Below, piece after piece: positions 58,236 to 64,000 of a stretch of DNA of 64,000 nt. How positions within the stretch are numbered: position 1 is the stretch's first letter; each line of letters begins with the position of its first letter. The notes below the pieces were generated by a model that searched no databases, was not told the origin of the DNA, and was given only the letters and a program-made list of their open reading frames with translations. Source of the DNA: Planctomycetota bacterium (GTDB taxonomy: Bacteria; Planctomycetota; UBA1135; UBA2386). The stretch is from NCBI GenBank assembly GCA_965223545.1, contig OZ245006.1:5344001-5408000 (forward strand), written 5' to 3'. The position numbers and the translations under genes were made by a program.

Positions 58236-59576
58236 CTAGCCAGGCCGGCCGTCGCCGAGCGCGGCGAGCATCGCGTCCGTCGCCTCGGCGCTGGCCAGGG
58301 CTCCTTCCATCCAGCCCGGGTACTCCGACAGATCCGCGCCCGCAATGACGACGCGACCCTGCCGCAGCGGCTGCGTCGGCCGCCGCGCGCCGGGAGTGGC
58401 GGCGACGTACGCGGCGCCGCAGCGCGCATCATTGCCGAAGTCGTGGCCGAAGACGTCGGCCGCGCCGGCAAACGGCCGGGCGTCGCGCAGCGCGCCGGCG
58501 TCCACGCCGAAGCCCATCGCCGAGCGCACGCGCCGGCCATCGACGGTCTGGGGCATCGCCCAGGTGGCGTGATGTGGCGGGCCGGATCGATAGACCGTGG
58601 CATCGTCGCTCGCCGAGGTTTCGCAGTGCAGCTTGACCTCCTGCACGTCTGTCAGGCCGCTCAGCACCGCGGTCACCCGCGCTCGGTCGGTCGGCGCCCA
58701 GGTCAGACGCCGCAGGACCGGCACCGGTAGGCACAGCGCGCAGAGCCGCGCGTGGACGGCGGGGGCTCCCTGGATCTCGAGCTCGACCTGGTCGGGGGTC
58801 TGCCGGACAGCGTGCACGGTGGCGCCGAAGACCGGTGGAGTCCGCAGGCGGTCGGCGAGTCCCGCGCTGAGGCGATCACAGCCGCCCTCGACCCACTCGG
58901 CGTCGGCGGTTTCTCGCTCTCGTCGCACTGCTTCGTGCAGTGCTACGGCACTCATCTGCTCGACCGGGTGGTAGCAGAACGCGCGCAGCAGGCGCGCGCC
59001 GCGGTTCGACAAGCCGTGGTTGCGCAGCCAGTCGAGCGCGGTGCGCGGATCATCCGCCGCCGGAGCCTCCACATCGCCGCCGAGAAAGAGGTGGTGCAGA
59101 TAGAACGGTGCTGCGCTGCGTTCGCGGTCGGTGAGGCCGGCCAGTAGAGGCTCCGGCACGGGTGCGCCGGCGCCGATGCGATGGGTGTCGCCCGCGAACT
59201 CGCAGAGCACGGTGGACGCCGGCGTGCCGAGGGTCGCGATGCGGTGTGCGTTGAGCAGGGCGCGCACGCGCCGGTGCGCGGTCGGTACGCGCTCGGCGCC
59301 GGCCTCGGCGTGTAGGCCGGGCGTCAAGCCGTCGCGCAGCGTCCACACGCGGCCACCGACGCGGCCGCTGGCCTCGAGGAGCACCGCGCGCACGCCGCGC
59401 TGCTGCAGTGCGTGCGCCAACGCCATACCGGTCAGACCCGCACCGACGACGGCCACGTCGATCGGTTGTGGCGCCGGGCTGCACCGGCTCCACAGCAGCG
59501 GCGCCACTGCCGACAGCAGCAGCTGCCGGCGATCGATCCGGCCCGGAGCCGGCGAACGGCGGGTTGCATCGCGCAT
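58236..59576 (-). CDS. Flavin-containing amine oxidase family protein, Tat-like signal
   Basis: RRQLL, VVGAGLTG, EASGRVGGRV, EAGA, GWMEGAL. Confidence 0.9.
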   Translation of the reverse strand: MRDATRRSPAPGRIDRRQLLLSAVAPLLWSRCSPAPQPIDVAVVGAGLTGMALAHALQQRGVRAVLLEASGRVGGRVWTLRDGLTPGLHAEAGAERVPTAHRRVRALLNAHRIATLGTPASTVLCEFAGDTHRIGAGAPVPEPLLAGLTDRERSAAPFYLHHLFLGGDVEAPAADDPRTALDWLRNHGLSNRGARLLRAFCYHPVEQMSAVALHEAVRRERETADAEWVEGGCDRLSAGLADRLRTPPVFGATVHAVRQTPDQVELEIQGAPAVHARLCALCLPVPVLRRLTWAPTDRARVTAVLSGLTDVQEVKLHCETSASDDATVYRSGPPHHATWAMPQTVDGRRVRSAMGFGVDAGALRDARPFAGAADVFGHDFGNDARCGAAYVAATPGARRPTQPLRQGRVVIAGADLSEYPGWMEGALASAEATDAMLAALGDGRPG

Positions 59577-59660
59577 CTTGGCGGTCGGGTCCCGACGAGC
59601 ATAGAGCTCGGCCGCGCGAGAGTAACGCCGGGGGCTGCCGCCGGCGCGGTGCGCGGCCGC

Positions 59661-62225
59661 TCAGCGCCGCCGGACGCGCACGTCGCGAAACTGCACCACC
59701 GAGCCGTCGTGGTGTTGCTGAAACGCGATGTGTCCCGCGCCGTGCCGGCGCTCGGTGTCGGTCCAGTCGACCGTGCGGACGCCGTTGACCCACACTTCGA
59801 TCCGCGTGCCGGCTTCGGTATCGGAGCACCGCACGTGGAGCTCGAACCAAGTGTCGTCGAACGGGATCAACGGTGCCGTCACCGCGGCATGGTGGTAGAG
59901 ACTGCCGGTGCGCACCGGCTCGTTGGCCGCCGAGCGGTTGATCTGCGCTTCGTAGCCGATCGGCCACACCTCCCCGGGGGCGGCGCGGAAGAAGATCCCG
60001 GAGTTGCCGCGCGGGTTGATGCGGCACCGGGCGCGCAGCTCGAAATCGACGTAATCGCTGTCGGGCGAGAGCAGATGGCCGGTGCCGCCCTTGCCGGTGA
60101 GCACGCCGTCGCGCAGCCGCCACTGGCCGGCGCCGGTGCGCGGCCACGCATCGATGCCCTGCTCGCCCCACAACGGGCGCCAGCCGCCGTCGTCATCGGC
60201 GGCGGGCTCGGCCCGAACGCGCACGTTGCGCACCGCGGCACCGGTCGCAGCCTGGAACACGAGCGGGCCGTTCGCGGCGCCCGGGCTGCCGTCGATCGCG
60301 GCCAGCGCGACGTCGCGCCGGACGGTTTCCCCGTTGACCGCGAGGCTGCGCAGCACCGCACCGCTGCTCGTTCCCGTCGTCGGAGCGTCGTCGATGGCGT
60401 ACTCGAGCCGCAGCCGGTTCCACTCGCCCGCGCCCTGGCCCATACCGGCGTCCACGGGGACGGGGTAGCGGTCCGCCAGCAGCAGGGTCGCGGCGCCCTT
60501 GCGCGGTAGCATCAGGTCGAGCTCGAGCGTGGCGCTCCCCCACTCGAAGTGGGATCTCAGCGTGCCGCCCCGCGCGCTGCCGAGCACGCGGTCGCCGTTG
60601 CCGAGGGTCAGAACCCCCGCCTCGGGTGCCGGCGTCGGATGATCGGCAAGGGCGAATCCCTCGGCGGAGAAGCCGTCGAGCGCGCCGCCGTCGGTGAGGT
60701 GCACCCACCCCTCGGCGTCCTGCTCGCGCGTCTGCGGTGGGGGGACCGCGCGCGCGATCTGCTTGGTGGTCGCCGGCCCGTGCGGAAGCTGGTTGAGGGT
60801 GTAGTCCACCTGCTCGTGCAGCAGGGGCGTGCCATCGACCGCCCGCACCCCGCGCAGCACGAGGCGCGTCATGTAGCCGGCGCGCAGATCGTCGAAGCGC
60901 ACGGTGAGGACGGTGCGGTCCTCGCTCAATGCGACCGACACCGGCGTCAGCGCGCGCGTGTCGAGCTCGGACGAGCCGTACTTCCAGTAGTAAGCGTAGT
61001 CGTACTGGGAGGCTTCGATCTGCGCCGGCGCCGGCACCGCGCCCAGGGGCTGGGTGAACTCGATGTCGAAGCCGTCCTGCAGCAGGTGGACGCGCCGCAT
61101 CTCCAGCGGAACCACGCCGGTGAAGCGCACGCGGCCGATGCCATGGCTGGGCCCTTCACCACCCCAACCCCGGTTGGTCAGACCGACCATGAGGCTGCCA
61201 TCGGGGGCGAAGCAAAGCCGGTGTGCCGAACCCACGCCGCCGCGGAAGCGGAACACCGCTCCTTGGTACTCGCCGCGCACTCGCTCGAGCTGGCAACGCG
61301 CCAACAGACCGTTGGTCAGCTCGGCGGCGAAGAGCTGTCCGTCGAACGGGCCGAACGCGCCGCCGCTGCGGTCGGCCACGACGTTGCCGGTCGAGCGCGA
61401 GAGCTCGTAGGGAAACCAGACGGCGGCGGGGCGGCGCGGCTCGGGAGGTGGCTCGTACCATTCGGGCAGACGGTCGTCGTTGCGGTAGTGGGCCGACCAG
61501 CGCAGCGAGGCGGGGTGGCCGTAGAAGCCGCCCTTGACGACGTGGTACAGCGGGCACACCGGCGACCAGTCGCCCTGGTTGTCGGTGGCGAACAGGTCGC
61601 CTTCGGCGTTGACGCCGAGGCCGTCCGGACTGCGAAACCCACTGGCCCAAGGAGTCGTCGTGCCGTCGGGGCGGATCTGCAGGATCCAGCCGCGGTACTC
61701 GGCATTGGATTGTCCCACGTACCAGTACGGATCGAAGAACCCGACGTTGAGCGAGACGTAGAAGTTGCCGTCGCGGTCGCGCGGCAGGCCGTAGGCGAAC
61801 TCGTGGTAGTTGCCCGTGCAACCCCACTGGTCGGAGATCACTTCGATCCGGTCGCAGCGGTCGTCGCCGTCGGTGTCGAGCAGGCGCGACAGCTCGGTGC
61901 GTTGCACGACGTGGATGACGTCGTCGACCACCGCGAGGCCGAGTCCTTCCATCAGCCCCTCGGCGAACAGAGTGAACCGGGCCGCGCCGGGGTCGTCGTC
62001 GAGGGCGCCGTCGACCAGCCACACCTGGCCGCGCCGCGTGCTCACCACCAGCCGGCCGCCGCTGGTGAAGTCGATCCCGCCGACCTCCATCTCGACGCCG
62101 GCGGGCAGCGGCAGGTGCTCGACGCGGTAGTGATCTTGTTCGGCCGCGGGGCGCGACTCTTGTGCCGCGACCGCGATCGGTGCGATCCCGGTGAAGACGG
62201 CGGCCATCGGCAGGAATCGGCTCAT
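59661..62225 (-). CDS. PVC-type glucose/sorbosone-dehydrogenase-like beta-propeller with C-terminal DUF1080 domain(s)
   Basis: GNYHEFAYG, GFRSPDG, TDNQGDW, FYGHP, YTLN; C-terminal NSGIFFR, YEAQI, GHIAFQQH. Confidence 0.85.
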   Translation of the reverse strand: MSRFLPMAAVFTGIAPIAVAAQESRPAAEQDHYRVEHLPLPAGVEMEVGGIDFTSGGRLVVSTRRGQVWLVDGALDDDPGAARFTLFAEGLMEGLGLAVVDDVIHVVQRTELSRLLDTDGDDRCDRIEVISDQWGCTGNYHEFAYGLPRDRDGNFYVSLNVGFFDPYWYVGQSNAEYRGWILQIRPDGTTTPWASGFRSPDGLGVNAEGDLFATDNQGDWSPVCPLYHVVKGGFYGHPASLRWSAHYRNDDRLPEWYEPPPEPRRPAAVWFPYELSRSTGNVVADRSGGAFGPFDGQLFAAELTNGLLARCQLERVRGEYQGAVFRFRGGVGSAHRLCFAPDGSLMVGLTNRGWGGEGPSHGIGRVRFTGVVPLEMRRVHLLQDGFDIEFTQPLGAVPAPAQIEASQYDYAYYWKYGSSELDTRALTPVSVALSEDRTVLTVRFDDLRAGYMTRLVLRGVRAVDGTPLLHEQVDYTLNQLPHGPATTKQIARAVPPPQTREQDAEGWVHLTDGGALDGFSAEGFALADHPTPAPEAGVLTLGNGDRVLGSARGGTLRSHFEWGSATLELDLMLPRKGAATLLLADRYPVPVDAGMGQGAGEWNRLRLEYAIDDAPTTGTSSGAVLRSLAVNGETVRRDVALAAIDGSPGAANGPLVFQAATGAAVRNVRVRAEPAADDDGGWRPLWGEQGIDAWPRTGAGQWRLRDGVLTGKGGTGHLLSPDSDYVDFELRARCRINPRGNSGIFFRAAPGEVWPIGYEAQINRSAANEPVRTGSLYHHAAVTAPLIPFDDTWFELHVRCSDTEAGTRIEVWVNGVRTVDWTDTERRHGAGHIAFQQHHDGSVVQFRDVRVRRR

Positions 62226-63325
62226 GGTCGCACCTCTCCGGTGACGCGGTCGACGGAAGTCGGGTCGAAGCTGCGCGTGCGCAGGTAGGCGATGGTCAGC
62301 GTCGTGGCTCCTGCCGGCAGCGCTGCCCGGACGCCGGTGTCGTCGTTGGCCAAGATGCCGTTGGCCGTCGCGTGCAGAACCAACCAGACGTGCGGCAGTG
62401 GGTCGCCGTCGGCCGTGCCGATCCGCCACGCGGCGGTGCCGCCGTCGTCGACGTCGCGCAGCAGCAGGCGCGCGCCGTTGGGAAGCCGGCCGGCGTCGAA
62501 GGTGACCGGCCTGCGCAGATCCACGTGCAGCGTGCGCCGCAGGCCGACTCCGCCACTCAGCGAAACCAACGCCACGGACTCGGCGATGGTGCCGATTCGA
62601 CGGTGTGCGTGGTCGAGCAGGCGGTACTCGAGGTGCGCGGTCGCCCCGTCGACTTCGGTCGCGGCCAGCATCGCGCGCACCGGCGCGCCGTCGGCGCCGC
62701 CGAAGCTAGGCCCCGGGTCACCGCCGTCGACGGCGAAGAACGGCGCCCCCAGCAGCGCGAGCGGCGTCCCTCCGCGGCCGCGCCAGTCGGTGCGCTCGGC
62801 GAGCTCGCCGCGGCGCACTTCGAGCAACCGGAGGTCATCGGTGCGGAACACCGCGTTGAGTCCGCCCGGGATCCCGGCCAGCAGGCCACGGGCCAACGGC
62901 AGCTCGCCGGCGCGGCGCGCCGGCAGGTGGCCGCGCGCGATCACCGCGGCCTCCCGCACGGCGAGCCGTCGCTCGGCGGGCGATGCCTCGCTCGCCTTGG
63001 GCATCAAGCCGAGCACGTGTCGCGTGAGGCTGCGCAGCCGGGCGTCGGCGAGCGAGGCGCCGAAGGCGGGCATGTGCGGGGGAATGCCGCGCCGAATGGT
63101 CTGGTAGATCGCCTCCTCGGTGTTGCCGAACGAGAACTGGCCCGAGGTCAGATCGCGTGGCCGGGGGTCGGTCTTCGTCGGGCCGTCGCCCTTGCCGCCG
63201 TCGCCGTGGCAAGTGGCGCACAGCTGGCGGAACAACAGGGCGCCGACCGCGGCGTCATCCTGCGCCGTGGCTGGAACGGCGGAGAGCGGCAGCAGCAGGG
63301 CGACCGCGATGCGGGAGACGAGCAT
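62222..63325 (-). CDS. Secreted c-type cytochrome domain protein
   Basis: Signal ending ATAQ; CATCH, GKGDG, PRDLT, MPAF. Confidence 0.9.
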   Translation of the reverse strand: MLVSRIAVALLLPLSAVPATAQDDAAVGALLFRQLCATCHGDGGKGDGPTKTDPRPRDLTSGQFSFGNTEEAIYQTIRRGIPPHMPAFGASLADARLRSLTRHVLGLMPKASEASPAERRLAVREAAVIARGHLPARRAGELPLARGLLAGIPGGLNAVFRTDDLRLLEVRRGELAERTDWRGRGGTPLALLGAPFFAVDGGDPGPSFGGADGAPVRAMLAATEVDGATAHLEYRLLDHAHRRIGTIAESVALVSLSGGVGLRRTLHVDLRRPVTFDAGRLPNGARLLLRDVDDGGTAAWRIGTADGDPLPHVWLVLHATANGILANDDTGVRAALPAGATTLTIAYLRTRSFDPTSVDRVTGEVRP

Positions 63326-63393
63326 GGCGGCCGGCAGCGTATCCCGGCGAGCGGCGACGGCAAAACTCAGGCGTGCTGCTACGGTAGGCGGTG

Positions 63394-64000
63394 ATGGCCA
63401 AGCCACTGCTCGGTGTCGTCCACTTGGGTCCGTTGCCGTCGGCGCCGCGCGGCGGCGGTGGCACGGCCGCATTCGAGGCCGTGCTGGCGGCCGCGTTGCA
63501 CGACGCGCGCGCGCTGCGCGAGGGCGGAGTGGATGGCGTGATGGTGGAGAACTTCGGCGATGCACCGTTTCGCAAGGGCACTCGCGATGCGCCGGTGAGT
63601 CCCGATGTGCCCGCTGCGTTGGCGGTCGTGGCGCGCGCGGTGCGCGCCGAGACGTCTCTGCCGGTCGGCATCAACTGTCTGCGCAATGACGGCGTCGCCG
63701 CCCTCGGGGCGGCGGTGATCGCCGGCGCCGCGTGGGTGCGCGTCAACGTGCTGTCGGGGAGCTACGTCACCGACCAGGGGCGCATCGACGGCGAGGCCGA
63801 TCGGGTGCTGGGATTCCGGCGCACGGTCGGCACCGATGCTCTGTTGTTGGCCGATGTGTTCGTCAAGCACGCGGCCCCGCTCGCGCCGATCCCGGTCGAG
63901 GTGGCGGCGCGCGACGTGGCGGCGCGTTCGGGTGCCGACGGCCTGATCGTGTCGGGTCCGCGGACGGGGGCGCCGCCGACCGTCGAGTTTCTCGACACGG
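63394..64000 (+). CDS. BtpA/SgcQ family protein (3' truncated by window edge; absent from the ORF track)
   Basis: Manual translation: MAKPLLGVVHLGPLP...VENFGDAPF...GINCLRND...TDQG...ADVFVKH...ADGLIVSG.RTG. Confidence 0.92.
   Translation, partial: MAKPLLGVVHLGPLPSAPRGGGGTAAFEAVLAAALHDARALREGGVDGVMVENFGDAPFRKGTRDAPVSPDVPAALAVVARAVRAETSLPVGINCLRNDGVAALGAAVIAGAAWVRVNVLSGSYVTDQGRIDGEADRVLGFRRTVGTDALLLADVFVKHAAPLAPIPVEVAARDVAARSGADGLIVSGPRTGAPPTVEFLDT

Noticed and set aside
63394..64000. BtpA homolog as evidence of photosynthesis
   Set aside because: BtpA/SgcQ proteins are widespread in non-phototrophs and no photosystem genes are present.

Overview
Very GC-rich, gene-dense bacterial chromosome segment. 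Gene content (DUF1592/DUF1552 pair, DUF1080 protein, Ser/Thr kinase-FGE fusion, many secreted proteins) suggests Planctomycetota; this is inference. It carries a tandem array of ELWxxDGT-repeat genes (one partial, one deleted remnant, one intact, one frameshifted in a C9 tract) and an OmpR-type two-component module. Carbohydrate and envelope enzymes include GH127, a sulfatase-like protein, AlgJ-like, GT87, glgX-glgB and two divergent beta-helix paralogs. Housekeeping genes are folD and ychF, plus a BtpA-family gene cut by the window edge. No rRNA, tRNA, CRISPR array or transposase was seen. Three signals stand out. (1) A shared ~110-130 aa C-terminal domain closes seven secreted proteins with five unrelated passenger types, a candidate sorting/anchoring system. 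(2) Gln follows nearly every predicted signal peptidase I site. (3) A REP/REPIN-like repeat family (GTACGGAGTCAGGCTCGATTTTCTCG) abuts stop codons of convergent genes, and one copy lies inside a lipoprotein signal peptide. All family calls are by-eye motif recognition; no searches were run.
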